Below the pieces are notes generated by a model, which did no database searches, had not been told where the DNA came from, and saw only the letters and a list, made by a program, of their open reading frames with translations. DNA of 64,000 nt, from contig ADNK01002546.1 of the NCBI GenBank assembly GCA_000320545.1, forward strand, positions 64,924 through 128,923. The letters are read 5' to 3'. Position 1 is the first letter of the stretch, and each line of letters opens with the position of its first letter. The position numbers and the translations under genes were made by a program. This stretch comes from Bigelowiella natans CCMP2755 (lineage: Eukaryota > Protista > Cercozoa). Shown here piece after piece: positions 26,537 through 40,391 of this stretch.

Positions 26537-26896
26537 ATTGGCGTTGTTGGACACACTCTGACATAGAAAGAATGCGAAGGCCATGGAAAAAAATAGAGGC
26601 GACGCCACTAGATGCACATCTGTCGCTTATCCGGTGATGGAACAGCATACGTAGACGAATAAGGGCAAAGCAGAGAAGGGGTTCCTGATTACTGTATTAT
26701 CGGTACACTTGCTCGATTACATACGTGTTGGTTTATCTCGCAGCCCCACAGACATTTGCCTCCTAAAGCTTCGAGGCCAACCCGAAATCCCCCGATTCCA
26801 GCGAAGAGCTGATGCATACGTGCTGTGTGAGCTTCCCCGCGCAAAAGCTTTGAATACTACCTCGATGAATGTGAAATCTCCAGAGCCCTCGTTCAT
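21723..26896 (-). CDS. C5-cytosine DNA methyltransferase, bacterial Dcm/HhaI-like single-domain type (DNMT6-like), about 21 exons
   Basis: The spliced product has the motifs in canonical order: I FTFIE|LFAGIGGFRVGLE (26896-26725), DIRKV..IPPHDILTA, IV GFPCQPFS (about 25997-25975), NLFLEIVRVL, VI FLLENVP (about 25461-25440), VIII PQERKRLYIVG (about 24545-24510), TRD RTLTKSY, IX PRFFSGRECARLQGFPEDF (about 23020-22738), and X FGNAVSPP (about 22520-22492). The last exons and stop are less certain. Confidence 0.9.
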
Positions 26897-27800
26897 ATTA
26901 TTGACAGTATCCCTGCGCTTTGGCGAATGGCGGCGTGGTCTTTTCCAGCGCAAGCGCGGCGGGCATGCTCGGAGAGGGAGGGGCACTCAGATAGATGTGA
27001 ATGTGTGGGGAAAGTTGTTGCGACGGCGAATGGAAAACGTTGTTCCAGAAGATGTTGTATTATCAGAATGCATATAGAAAAAATATATAGGTTAAAATAA
27101 GGGTAATTTATTTAACTATGTTATCATTTTCTTCTCAATTTCCGAAAAGAACTTTGAACGGAACAATTTAAAGTCACATCATGATATAGATCTATTTCGG
27201 ATAAAATATGGGTCTTCTTTTGGTGGATTGTCTACAATGGAAACGGAGGCGATATCTCCGGTCTTACGAGGGACTTTTCAGACGCAGCTGTGCTATCGGC
27301 GATGGGCACTGCAGAGAAAGGGAAAGAAGTAAGGAAAATATTTACCGACATAATATCTTATAAAATAGAAAAGTATTTCGATTATTAATTACAACGCTAA
27401 CAACAATTTATTAGAGTCCGAATAAAGATCCGTTGGCATAGTGGCCCCCTTCCCCTCGCCTTTGCGGCGTCATTCGCTAATGAATGAAAAGGGTATAAAT
27501 ACCTTTTAGTCATGCATGGTCTTATGCTATACTCAATTTACGTCGCTTGGTATTAAAACCTTTGCGCCAGGTCGGTGGCAATGGGGCCTTCCCATCGTGA
27601 TGTTGGTACTTTTCTCGATCATAGTGCGTGTTTGCCCCCCGCAAACGGCCAGGGTTGCATCCTCTGGGAGAGGCAGGTATCTCCAAGCATAAGTGAACAG
27701 CGCAGCACGCGCTATTGAAACGACGCCAGGGGGGAGAGGGCACCGAATGTATGTACACCGCCCTTCAAACGCTCACATCCCCCACTCTTTAATTCTTCAG

Positions 27801-28827
27801 CATTGCTAGGAGGGCGGCTTCTTCCTCGGTCGGAAGAGCAGGAGGGCGTCGGCCCATTCGTAGTAGGCGAGATGGACGGCGCCCTCCTCACCACCGAACT
27901 AATCAGGAGAGCCCCGTAAAAGACACCGCGTATGGTACTGTGGATATGGCCAAGGCTGGCGGAGCTCGGAATGATGCAAAATCCACGCCTGACCGGCCAC
28001 TAAAGGTTTGTTACTTTCGGCCAGCGTCGGCTTTGCAATTCGAAAACATCGCTAGTAGTCTCGCCCCGCCGGGCGGTGCCATAGAATGATGCAGTCTATC
28101 TGAGAGAATGCTGTTACGCTACTCAGGATACTGTTCTATATCCAAGAGCTACAACGTTTATTCCAGGGGATTCGGTGCGCGTTCTAGCCGCTACTCTGTC
28201 GCATTTGTGCCGTAGCTAGTAGCAGCGACCACTCTTTCTAATCCATTATATATGCGAGGATTTCGATGCACCGATGCGTCACCTCCACTCTAGATTTTGG
28301 CCATTGTCATAGATGAATATATTCTTCTTATTATTATTTTTGTTTTTTCTTGAAATGTATATTTGCATATTTGCATCATGATCATATTGCACCATCAAGC
28401 CCTGCCGACTGATGCTGTTACTCGTCTACGACTGTCGTTAGAGGCAGAGAATGCTCGAGTATGTTCGCTCTGACGATGCGGCGAAGATGAAGGAAACTAT
28501 TTGTGGTATACATATATATATATATATATATTATATTATATTTGTTTGTTTTTTTATAATATTTGATATGCATAGGGTAGCAGGAAGCTGTTCCTATGAA
28601 ATGACGCAGTTGGTATATGATGCAAAAATAGGGTTTCTCAAACAGGACAGAATAAAGATATTTCCGAACGTACGCCGCTGCACTACGCAGAGAAGAAGCA
28701 AACAGCATTTTGCATTTGAAACGGGAGGGGGAGAATAGACATGGGAATGTCACAACTTTTGCCGTGAATGTATTCTCTCAGTGTATTTCCAGTCGTTTCT
28801 TGGAAATCGATGATAAACAACACACAG

Positions 28828-28868
<41 letters not shown>

Positions 28869-29482
28869 CGCATGCACAGCCACGCACATATACCTAAATA
28901 TTCTATACTATACATATGATGAATAAATGCAATATACTATAATGTTTTATATAACATTTGCTACTCACCGTTTTAAGGACTACACCGTGATGATCAATGC
29001 TTGTCGCAAATATGGTACATATACGCTTGAATCATGCGTCGTGTGTTACTATGGCTCGGTCGCAGATTGCTCACATCTTCGTCTCACAATCATCAGGAGA
29101 ATGGCAGCTTGTTCTTCAACTCGTTGAGCACGCAAGGTTCGATTGATTTCCATGCAAGAAACGCGTACAATATTTTGAAATATCGATTTGCAGACGCTGT
29201 AAGTAATGGTATTGGCCGCTTTATGAGTTAGTGTTATTCGTAATGGATCATAGAGAAATACTGTCGAAAGACTGGTTTTTTTGCTTTTTTTTTTAATAGA
29301 ATTTGAAGTGTTTTTTGTGATGTTCGGTTGTTCTGTATAGTCATCATGTATCTATGCATTGAGCGGCGTTTCATTGTCATTCTGCCTCCCGCAATTCTGT
29401 TAGGAATAGAGGCGTCTTAAATGCATACCAGGTCGGAGTATTTCTAGTTTTTGTTTGTTTTATAATATTCATTTTATATATA

Positions 29483-29521
<39 letters not shown>

Positions 29522-31712
29522 AAATTATATATGGTTACAAGCGATGTATGATTCTCCTTTTTCGTTTATCTCTCTCTCTCTCTCCTCCTTCATCTCTCTC
29601 TATCTCTCTCTCCCTCTCTTCGCCTCTTTTTCTCTTCCATTTTATCTGCGCGTGGGCTCGAGCATCTAATGACAGCAAGTTTGCGATTATGAGAAAGCAT
29701 TCGCTGGTGGCTTGCAGACATTGAATATGTGATTGTGAATGGCGATAGATATCGGCTGCATTTGCCGGGCTAGGCCCGCGTTGGAGAATGGCTCTGCGGT
29801 TGCTCCATCAGGTCCAGAAACAGACCTCTTGCACTCTGGCACACGTATATTCTGTATAGCCTTCGCAATTGGCACACGTGATATGGAGCTGGTTTTTCGC
29901 ATGAAGATCGCATTGGGAGATTTGAGCAAAGTTTGCATCTTTTTTTGGTTTTGTTTTGGCGCCATTTGCAGTGTCGCTCGGATGGTATAGCACTGGATAT
30001 TGTGGCGTATAATTCTGTGATCACGTACGTGTGTTATTATATATGTATACATATTGCGCGCCGCCGTTCTTTGAAAGCCAATGCACACCTATAGGTTTAA
30101 ATGTGTAATTATTATATAGATTTTACATTCATAATATATACCACATTCGTGTGCTGTGTGTGTCCTCTGCGTTGCGGTAGATTGTTTCATCTACTTTGCA
30201 TCGATGATACATCTGAGCATGGGAGTTACAGAAGCCACTCACTACCGGGCTTGTGGTATATTTGCACGAACGATAACACAGGCAATGCTGCCGATCTCAT
30301 GACTGGGAGAAGGCTTTAGGTTTATTTGTTCAACCTAAATCAACACACACACAGACACACACACGCACACGCACACGCATATGCACATACACACGCGCAC
30401 ATGGGCATGCGTATGTGTAACCCATGAAATTCCTCATCGAGAGAGAAATAGGCGAGATGTTAATTGGAAGTCTCTGCTGCACAAAACAACAGCGCGCGCC
30501 TTTTCCAGCGAGAATGAGCGCAATGTATCTTTTCCCCCTGATGGTTAAGGTGTGAGAGAAATGCTTCTGAACGATGGTGTAAAGCAAGACTCTTACACGA
30601 TGCACAATCTCCTGGTGAGCATTTACCACAGCACGCTTATCAAACATAATAGCGCATGGCTAGTAAGGGAGAAGGGGGGGGGGGGGGGGGGAAGTAGAGA
30701 GGGGTGAAAGAGAATAGATTGGAGAGGAAAGATGCATTGGGGGATAGCATCGTAGAAAAGCATTTCGGGGTCGGAAATATTTGGGGAAAATCTTAAAACA
30801 GACCGATTTACACACAGACAGAGCATGCTTGGTAGCTACACCTTGAGAGAGCCAATTGTACAATCTTGTCGAAACACCACTTTGGCATCATACAGAAAGC
30901 AATATATCGGTCTCATCAATGGCAAAGAGCGGAGGAGCTTATAGGTGTCTGTCGGCAAGCGCGTATCATACCATCGTGTGTCTCATCAGAAGTGGCGCTG
31001 TGCGGTGTTGCGTTTTGTCCGGTTTGAATGAATTCTTCGGTTTTTAACGCGACTGCTGCGGTGATGATGCTCTTACACGATGGTATGTATTCGTCTCAGC
31101 GGAGATGGATGCATGCTCTCTTCGTCGATCGGTAAAAGACTCACATCCACTGCCGTTGTCTCTTCGCGAGTACAGCAAGTTGCGGTGCAATGATATCGAT
31201 AAATTCATGCTCCAACATCCTCTGAGTGTGCGTGCACGTAATTGTGTGTGTGCTGTGTTGCTTGTATGCGTGTGTGTGGGTGGGGTTCTCTTTCAGACCG
31301 AGATCTACAACATCAAACTGAGCGCGTCTTCGCAGAAAGAGGGAGGATGGCGTGAGGCCATCAGCATATTCAATGAAATGCGGCAACAAAACGTAGATGT
31401 TTTTTCGGATAACGAGCGATCTCTAGCATGCACGATTTCATTTCGAGCGCCATTGTTACTATGGAGCTCGTACATGTCTCGTATGGTACACTTCCGATAA
31501 AATGCTGCCTCAAATCGCTGTTGGGTATGCGAGAATGAACGATGTGGTTCGGTTAGTGCCAATTGGATATGCGTGATTGCCGCCATCACTGCCAGAGGTG
31601 GTGTGGATGTTCTTCTCTGAAAGTTCTGATTTTCCGTAGATATCAAGGACCACGTACACCTACAACACGCTGATCTCGTGCATGGTATTTAGCTGCTGCC
31701 GTTATATTATAT

Positions 31713-31762
<50 letters not shown>

Positions 31763-33292
31763 ACTCTCCACTGTTTCTGAAAGAAATCAACGTCTCAGCG
31801 CATACATCTTTTCCTCTCCCAAGACTTGAGAAGTTCAGCCATCTGGCCCTCAATGCTCATTTTTCAGGAAGAAAACAACGCCCAGGACTTCGTGCCATCT
31901 TCGTCATCGGATGAGGATTACGATCTACACGAAGGTGATCGAGAGTCGAATGCATAAAATGTCCGGCAGTGCGGCATTCTCCAATTTCTTTGTTTAGAAC
32001 AACAATCCTGCAGTCAACTCCACCGTTGTTTTTCCCCGAAATGATTGCAGGGCAAGACCTTCCCTATGAAGGGTGGGGATTCCAAAATCGACAGCACTTG
32101 AAAGAGCGTTTTCGTCTGCTCAAAGGTGGTGGATGCAGCCGAGAGACAGCGTTAAGTTTTGAAGGGTTTCCGCGTTTGCGATTTGTTTATATTTAATTGG
32201 AATGATGGGGGAGCCGCCGAGGGGGGGAAATACCACATGCGGGCGAGTGGCCGGTTGTAGCACACTTGCGTGACTGCCCTCATCACTAAACACCATAGCG
32301 AGCAATGATGGGGACGACGACGACTGGAAAAACCCCGCGGATTCGCAAGAAGATGGCCAGTGGAACATGCAGAAGCTCACGGTGAAAATCGCACTTTTGT
32401 TTCATTGCTTCGTTTTTTCGCGCGGCAAGTGCCATTTTGCGGCGCATACAACACTGCCACCCCCCTTACCGCCTCCGTTCCAGGCTTTGATTTCTCTTGG
32501 CTCGTTGTAGGTGGAGGGCATTCTGACTTTGATGGAGAGGGACAACTTGAGGAAGGTCGGTTGCGGGTTGTTGAAGACGTGTATACCTGATGAAAGCGCA
32601 GAAAGATGAACTTTGATGAAGCGCATTTACATGCTTGTCGTACGAGAATGATAACATTGTAAGTTCTTATCCGCCCCCCCCCCCCCCCCCCTTTTTTACC
32701 ATCTTGGGTCGCTGAAACCTCGTGATATTACCCTAGGACGTCGTGACCTACAACGCCATTATGCAGCACCAGAAAAGGTGATTGAATGGATGAATTGAGA
32801 GGGAAATAAGGAAGAATCTTCGCGACATATGCGTCACTCTCTGAGCCCCGGAGTGGAATGTTTTGTGTCAGGGATTTATTCAGTGTTCTCCCGGTCATTC
32901 TACGATATAGACGCGCAGGTAAAATGGCCAGCACGGCGAACATTAAACGCGAAGGCAAAGACGCTATCACGGTGTTGTGCGAGATTACGGATTGTCTTCT
33001 CTTCAGCCGAGCCAATTGGGGCTTCCTCCTTTTGTCTTTCATTTTATTGCGATGCAGGTTTTTCATGTAAGTTAAACTAAATAAGTATTTTCACCCACAC
33101 AATCAGGGTATTAGAAGGAACACCATATCGTTCACTAATGTCATAGCAGCGTGCAGGCATCACCAGGTCTAACAGCCTACTGAATTTCCTTACAGTCGCT
33201 GTTTTGTTATGGTAGCTAGGTATTAGTACCTCTTTCTACCTCTATCTCGCTATCTATAGTTACATATTTAAAACTCATATTTATTAATAAAT

Positions 33293-33346
<54 letters not shown>

Positions 33347-35623
33347 ATTTACGTGTGTGCATTGCCTTTCAGATAAACACGTCACTATCGTAACACACTG
33401 CTATGCTATCATCCTCCAGGAATGGGAGAGAGCTTTGGATTTCATCAAGGAGATGCATCAGAGCCAAATACGGCCTTCGCTGCAGGTGATTTTCTGTCTT
33501 CGGATCTTAACTATCCTGTAAGAATATAGGCAATGTACGCATCGGTGCCAATACGCACGTGTTTACGGCGCATGTTTATACGATGTTCGCTCGGTGTTTT
33601 CTTGGCTCTCAGATAATCAACCACGTTGCCGCTGCCCTGATGGAAGAAAAACCTGCAAGGGCGATTTCATTTCTCGATCGATACGAGGTGGGATAATGCC
33701 GCTACAGCCCAATGCGCGTGCGTTTTTTGTGTACGAGGGCGTGCAGTTTTCTCTTTTCTACCAGCATTCCCTCTCTGCAGTAGCTTTGCTGTTTCATAAC
33801 TGCGGTGATTCACTCCTGTTCAGAAATCAGGGCTGAAGCTGAACGTAGTCTCGCATAGCATCAAGTTGGCCTCATTAAGGAAAACGAGAGACTGGCAGCT
33901 TGCGGTAGGTATTATTCGCGGTACGATGTTATCGCGGAGCAAAAGTACTCGGCCCGAGGCGCAAACACGTCCCACACCCCAGCGCGTACGCACAGACATA
34001 TGCATATGCCGGGTTCCTTCGTGTTATTGCGTCTTAAATTAGAAATCTGCACATTAACGAGGACTCTTTACGATTATGTATATTTATATATATCGAAAAG
34101 TGCATCATCAATCTCTTAAATACTCAGGAGTCGTACTTCAACTCGATTCACCGCGGGGCAACCCCCCCCTCTATCAGCCTGTTCAATACGCTCTTTTCCG
34201 TACTTCAGGTGACCGCTGCCTATCCTACTAAAATCGAGCAGCTATGTGCATTACATCTATTCATACCGACGATCAGTGTTAGCATTCCGAGTGCGTGCGA
34301 GAGATAGTAAATGCATTAAAAAATCATATACATGTATAATATACACCATCATCTGCACACGATTTCACCTAAAGCCTGCTTTGATTCAGCACTCGCGCCG
34401 CTGGGAACGTGCATTCGAGACATTTCGCTTCTTGCGAAATGGGTCCTGTGTTCTTCCTGATGTAGTTCAAGAAAGGCCAGGAGACCTGCAGTCGGAAGAG
34501 GTAGGTGGCTAGTTGTTGGCGCTTCTTTCCCTGTCATTTCTGCCGCGGCGATGAGCGCAAATGCCATGTAAATAACCCATTTTTGAAAGCTCCTGGGGAG
34601 CAGAAAGTAGCGAAAATAGTAGGGTGAGTCGATTCTTGGTGTTGATTCTCGATCATATGTCGACGATAAAGGATAAGGCCTTTTCCCGGATTCTGGAAGA
34701 GGCTCGTGGAGGTGAGGCGCGACGCGCTCTTTGGCCCTTTTTGGCGTGTATGAGTAAAAATCGGTGCACGGCTGCTAATGGTTTTGACGTATTTATTGGT
34801 GGAAGAACTTGCCAATTTCTTCATTGAACTATCGCTGTATGAGGTGCCTGTTCTGTGCAGCCCCAACGCCGTCAGAGTTTTTTTTAGGAACGGGACTCCT
34901 TCATGCATTTCTTTTCTTATGTTTCCGTATTGTTTTTCTGGTGATGGTCTCTATGAGTTTTCGATTCGTTACGAAAGACCTTTGGCATGTGAAATTGAAG
35001 AGTATCATACTAGATGTTATATGCGCATACATACGAATAACCTACATATGTGTGTGCGTGTTTGATGAGTTTGGCTAATGGTGGCAAATTAGTTGTGCAT
35101 CCTGACGCTGTCTCGTACACGACGATGATAGCCATTTGCCGGAAGGTCAATACGAGAATGTATACATATATATATATTTATTTGTTATTATATATATGCA
35201 TGTAATATTTAATATACATAAATACTGTTGATATAAAAAACGAATATTGGCATATGAATGGTTGTGATTCATACTTTGTTTCTTCCAATGCGCTGCTGGA
35301 TTTAGAGCTATGCGTTTGCGAGTGTTCAAAGATCTGCCGTGTATATAGACGATGGGATTTTGTCCAAACTTCGAGCAGTCTTGGGAACATTTTGTGTTAT
35401 TTCTCTCGGGTTCTCTCCCGTTCTTCCTCTTACATCTCTGTCTGTGAAATTATGCCGTTGCGTGTGGCCCTTGTGGTATTCTATGCCGTTTCATGGCTCT
35501 AGGAGGGGCTCTATGAAAGAGGGTTTCAGTTTATAAAAGAGGTAATTGACGATGCGTGTGTTTCGTTGGACTGCACTTGGCTTTCTCCCGCGAGATCTAT
35601 AAATATTTCTATGTGTATATGTA

Positions 35624-35668
<45 letters not shown>

Positions 35669-35697
35669 GAAGACTTTCATACATATTGTCTTTGCGT

Positions 35698-35742
<45 letters not shown>

Positions 35743-36023
35743 TGCGTATGCCTTTGTTTTTATGCGTTGGCGACTCTTGGCATTTATGTGAATTTACTTT
35801 TATCCTTTATTTTCCCAAATAAATAAACACAGCTTGAGGACTCAAAGATCCGGAAGGATACTGTGACGTACAACGCCATCCTTGCGTTCAACTCAAAATC
35901 GGTATTGCTTTAGAGGAGCATAGCGCGCATGCAAAGCTCATGCTCACTTGCCTTTTTAATGCACACAAGAAAGTCAAGACGCACACAAACACACACTAAT
36001 ACACACTCACGGGTATTCTAGAA

Positions 36024-36056
<33 letters not shown>

Positions 36057-36545
36057 GTTTGCTATATAGTTCTATTTCGATTGCTATTTGCAGCACGATT
36101 GTTTGATTTGGTTGTGCATGCGCCTTAACGCATATATCCGAATACACTGCTATGCACAACGCACGCTCAGTACCTCTGGGAGTCAGCTTTATCCGTGTTA
36201 GAGGAAATGAAAAGGTAGGTGAGCACGTTCCAAAAGCTCGCAACCGCATCACGCTCGTTGCGCTTCCAACGCATCAGTTTTGAAGGCAATACTAACCGCG
36301 CGTTTTCCCCTTTGCGACATCGTAAATCCAGAAAAAGAGTAAGAACGGACGCCGTCACGTACCACACTGCTATCCAAGCTGCGAATCGTGCTGGAAAGTG
36401 AGAACTCCTGTGCTATGCGAAAATATAAGTCCTGAGATATGTAACTAGGTGGTGTATGCTGCGGAAATGCATCATCTGAAGCATATTTTTGCTTGGTGAA
36501 ATGCCAACACTTTTCTTTTTTTAGTATATAGCATAATATAATATG

Positions 36546-36578
<33 letters not shown>

Positions 36579-36582
36579 CGTA

Positions 36583-36621
<39 letters not shown>

Positions 36622-37032
36622 TAGGTGGGAATTAACTTTGAAGCTGTTCGATCAAATGGAAGAGGTGTTTGTGTGACTTTTTCGCACGTTCTCCCTCAAA
36701 GTTCCTCTTTGTGTGTAATGGGTGATTAACTGTACTGCTGATGCGATAGGATGGTTTTGAAGAGAATGCAAAAACAGTGGATCTTTGGCTCGAAGCGGTT
36801 ACATATTTGCTATATATATTATAATACAAGAAATATGAATACGCACACGCGCACACGGGTATTTCTATGGTATATATTTTAGATATTTACGCATAGTTTT
36901 AGAGAGTTTATGTAACGCCCAAAGGTCGTCAGATTCTGCAATAAAAATCAAATGAAAAAAGCCAAATCTGAGACAGAGTTGTTTGGTTTGTAGGCGCGAC
37001 GGCTCGCCAACGAAGACATGTCTCAAAGTTAG
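27801..37032 (+). CDS. Pentatricopeptide-repeat (PPR) protein, multi-exon; 5' start uncertain (about 27500-27800)
   Basis: Repeated PPR helices in separate exons: DYTVMINACRKY|GEWQLVLQLV (28978-), EIYNIKLSAS..GGWREAISIFNEMRQQN (31297-), TTYTYNTLISCM (31640-), DVVTYNAIM (about 32737-), RNTISFTNVIAACRHHQ|EWERALDFIKEM (33107-), PDAVSYTTMIAICRK (35093-), KDTVTYNAILA (35833-), RTDAVTYHTAIQAANRAGK|WELTLKLFDQMEE (36331-). Likely stop TAG at 37030-37032. The R/S-rich N-terminal exon (27801-28005) looks like an organellar targeting sequence. Confidence 0.88.
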
Positions 37033-37145
37033 AACCCATATTTAACTAGAACTTGCTGGAATCTGAGTATTTCAACATTTGTTATTGGAACTACTTTGAA
37101 GTTCAAATTACGGATTTGTTTCGAATCGCAACTTTACTTGATTAA

Positions 37146-38040
37146 AACTTTGTTGCACACTATTGGACTAGCTAGCTAGTGCATGCAACGGGCTACGTTG
37201 AAATTGAAATTTGTTTCAAATTGAACAGCCTTCTTGCACTTTGCAAAACTAGAAAACTTCGAGTAGCTCATTGCAAATGGCAAGTCTGCTGACATGAAGG
37301 AAGAAACAACTCCGTCAAACCAGGCAAAGGCGGGGTTGTGAACAGTGCAGCGCTTCGCGACACGCTGTGAAGCAGGCGCGTTTGTTCTCTGCCACAGTTT
37401 GAATGTTTTGACGCGTGTGCTTGCTAGCTTGCACAATCCACACGTGCGCACGAAAAATCCCGAAGAAATGCGAGCAAATTTTGCATCCATGACATCAGCT
37501 TTTGCGCGCGATCGAACACATTGGATTTTGCGGAGCTATTCCAGCATTGCAACTCAGAAACTGATGGATGACATCAAGCTAGCAAGCTAGCAAGTTGGAG
37601 GAGGACACGTTCATCGTCACAGAATTCACTTGGGATGAATCTTTGACACAGATCCGAACATCCTCTAGATCCTTCACTTGGCAACCGATTCACCGGTAGC
37701 TGAGGCGACACGTCAGTCTGCTTCACCGATGAACAGGAATGTGGTTCAGGGATAAAGTGAAAAGCCACCCTCGTGACCGAAACCCTGCCAGCCTGCCCAT
37801 TGCTAGATTGCCACTTCGGCGAATGTGACTTTGAATCTTGATCACAGATCCGTGCATCCTTAGTCTGGCAACCGAGTCACCGGTGGCTGGGGCGACATGT
37901 CTGTCCATCCCACCGGTGAGCAGGAATGTGGTTCATGGGTAGGAGGAAAAGCCACTCTTGTGACCGAAAACCCCCCGCCCATCACCGAAGGCCCCCTTTC
38001 TTCTCTGCCACACAGCCGAGTTGCTGCTTTCGCTAACCCG
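37146..38040. other. Intergenic TpA-depleted island 3
   Basis: About 18 TpA in about 895 bp, only one (ataa near 37752) outside CTA/TAG context, even through AT-rich stretches such as aaattgaaatttgtttcaaattgaac. (CTAG)3 at about 37168. Confidence 0.85.
37680..37973. repeat. Diverged direct repeat, two units of about 106 bp (37680-37785 and 37867-37973)
   Basis: ggcaaccgattcaccggtagctgaggcgacacgtc...caggaatgtggttca...gaaaagccaccctcgtgaccgaaaccc versus ggcaaccgagtcaccggtggctggggcgacatgtc...caggaatgtggttca...gaaaagccactcttgtgaccgaaaaccc. Confidence 0.85.
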
Positions 38041-38553
38041 TTAATTCTGACCCTGCGACATCATCAAATCCTCTAAAAACTCTAAAAAGTCATTCGATTT
38101 TCCCAGGAGCGCTGATACTGTGAATCCTCGAATCGGGACGCAAAATATTGAAAAAAAAGGGACATGTTTCTTACTAATATGTGAGAAAAAGGTTATTCTT
38201 TAAGTCTGAGGAGTTCATATCTACAAAATCTCGAGAGAATCTCCTAGGATCGTCGAAAATCTTGAACTCATTGTGCTCCTCCCTCTCTCTCTCCACGTTG
38301 GAAGGGTAAAAGCCGAATGCAACTGTGGTGGATTCCGTAGTGTGTACCCAGCCAAGGGGAGGGGTCAATCACCGATGAATAGGGCGGTTAGGGGATGCAC
38401 ATTTCGTTTGGTTGTAGAGCAATAGACAAGTACAGATGAGGAATTCGGGATTCATTGACAAGACTCAAAAGCCCTTGTGGAACAATTTGCACCCTCTATG
38501 GGACTTCCGCTTTTTTTTCTTCTTTAGTGTCGTACTCGATATCTGAGCTAGCG

Positions 38554-40079
38554 ATGTCCGAGCCAGCCACTGAAGCCAAAAATAAAGGAGACGGAACCAC
38601 CACGGTTGGTGTGATGCCCCCTTTCGAATTCTGTATTGGATGAGCATATCAACATACATCCTAAATGCATATTAAGTACGAATCTGGACATTTTCATGTA
38701 TATGACTTTTCAGTCGACGCTTATACGCATATACACTAGCACGGATAACATATCACTCGTTCTAAAACGAAAAACACACACACAAACGGAGGACGGATGC
38801 TTGGTCAATCAAGCCTATATAATGCATTACTGCCACTAATAGCGATATTCATACCATTCGGTCGCAATTAGAATGACCAATCTGCCAGCTCTGGCGGTGA
38901 CTCGGCGAATCCAGGGAATCGGAAGGTGGTTATTTCTGTTTGAGATAGAGGACGTACATAACGTAATACACTGTAGGAAATGTTTGAATAGTTGTTGTGC
39001 ACACCGTTACACAGAATCTGGCCTTTCGGGTCTCTACAGAAGAGGTTGTGTGCTGGCTTCTTGGCCAATCCGCACAACACACACACATTGGTTTCGTATA
39101 GAATTATTGAAATTCTATTGTATTCGGCGCTTTGCTGATAACATCTACATCCAATCGCGACTATACTAACCGTGTTCTACTTTAATAATTTCAAAATATG
39201 ACGTTTGTTTCATCCAATGCGAGCTTGTATGGCGACGCTTGTGCTGTAGAGCGTGGAATCACGATTGTCATCTCCGACTTTATTGTGCTGCAAATGCTTT
39301 ATTTTTCGCATGGAGAATCGATCTTTGTAGATTTAACAGGGAATATTTAATTGTATGGTAGTTGGTATGATCATTGTGTGCAAATATCGTGATTATTCTA
39401 TGTAGGAGTCAGCCCTGAAACTAGCAGACAGCCCAAAGGATTTCCTTCAAAGCCCGAAAGATGTATGTATGTATGGAAGTAGCTGCGTTTCGATTTCAAA
39501 CTCATTTACATCTCAAAAATACTTAAATATTTAAAAAATTATTAAAGAATGTATACGTGTAATTATACCTGTTATACACGACGGTGTAACGAGAATAAAC
39601 CGAGTAAATACTAATCAATTCGATTCGATCCTAACACGTTTATCTCATCTTTGCGCTAGCTATTACCGCGCCGAGAGCAAGGGCCAAGGCCGAGAAAGGT
39701 AAGCGTCTAACCATCATCGATTATCAGTCTTCATACCCCGTTTTTCAGGCGATGCCACACATGTTATACACACACACGCAAACGCACACACGCACGCACA
39801 CACGCACGCACAGAGCGTAATGCCATAATATTCATCTATAAAGAATTTATGTATGCTGCGAATTCGTTGATATGACCGTCGATAAAGAACATGAGCTAAC
39901 AGCGAAACCTTAACAATGCAGGAGCTGAGGCCAAGGAGCGTATCAGCAATGGATAGTTCTTCCGTGCTTGGAAGACGGTCTTCTTCGTCTCCGATACCGA
40001 TGGTACTGACTCACAATGAAGAGACATTTTCCTCTTACCACCAACCAACACGCAAATGCGGCGTGAGAGACAGAGGGAA

Positions 40080-40111
<32 letters not shown>

Positions 40112-40357
40112 CTAACGCGCTCTGAACCGATATGATGCGTTTGTTGGCACGTGTGCGTTGAACAGGTGAGGCAGCTATTGCAAGAAGTGGCCGACTCAAA
40201 GGAAGAACACTCAATAGATTCCAGTACGTTCGTTTGATACCGAAATGATGCAGCAGATAGCGAACGATTGCATGAGTGCCTTTCTATTGACTCGAATATT
40301 TAACGCACAGACAAATCACAATAGAGAAGGCTCCATATCTACACACATATGTAATCA

Positions 40358-40391
<34 letters not shown>

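Noticed and set aside
21723-26896. The C5-methyltransferase as the cause of the neighbouring compositional islands
   Set aside because: 5mC decay removes CpG/CpH and tends to create TpG/TpA, whereas the islands keep CpG and lose TpA. Adjacency alone is not evidence.
37680-37973. Possible CRISPR array or hammerhead ribozyme repeat
   Set aside because: There are only two long diverged units, no repeat-spacer periodicity, no cas genes, and no intact CUGANGA/GAAA core that I could place.
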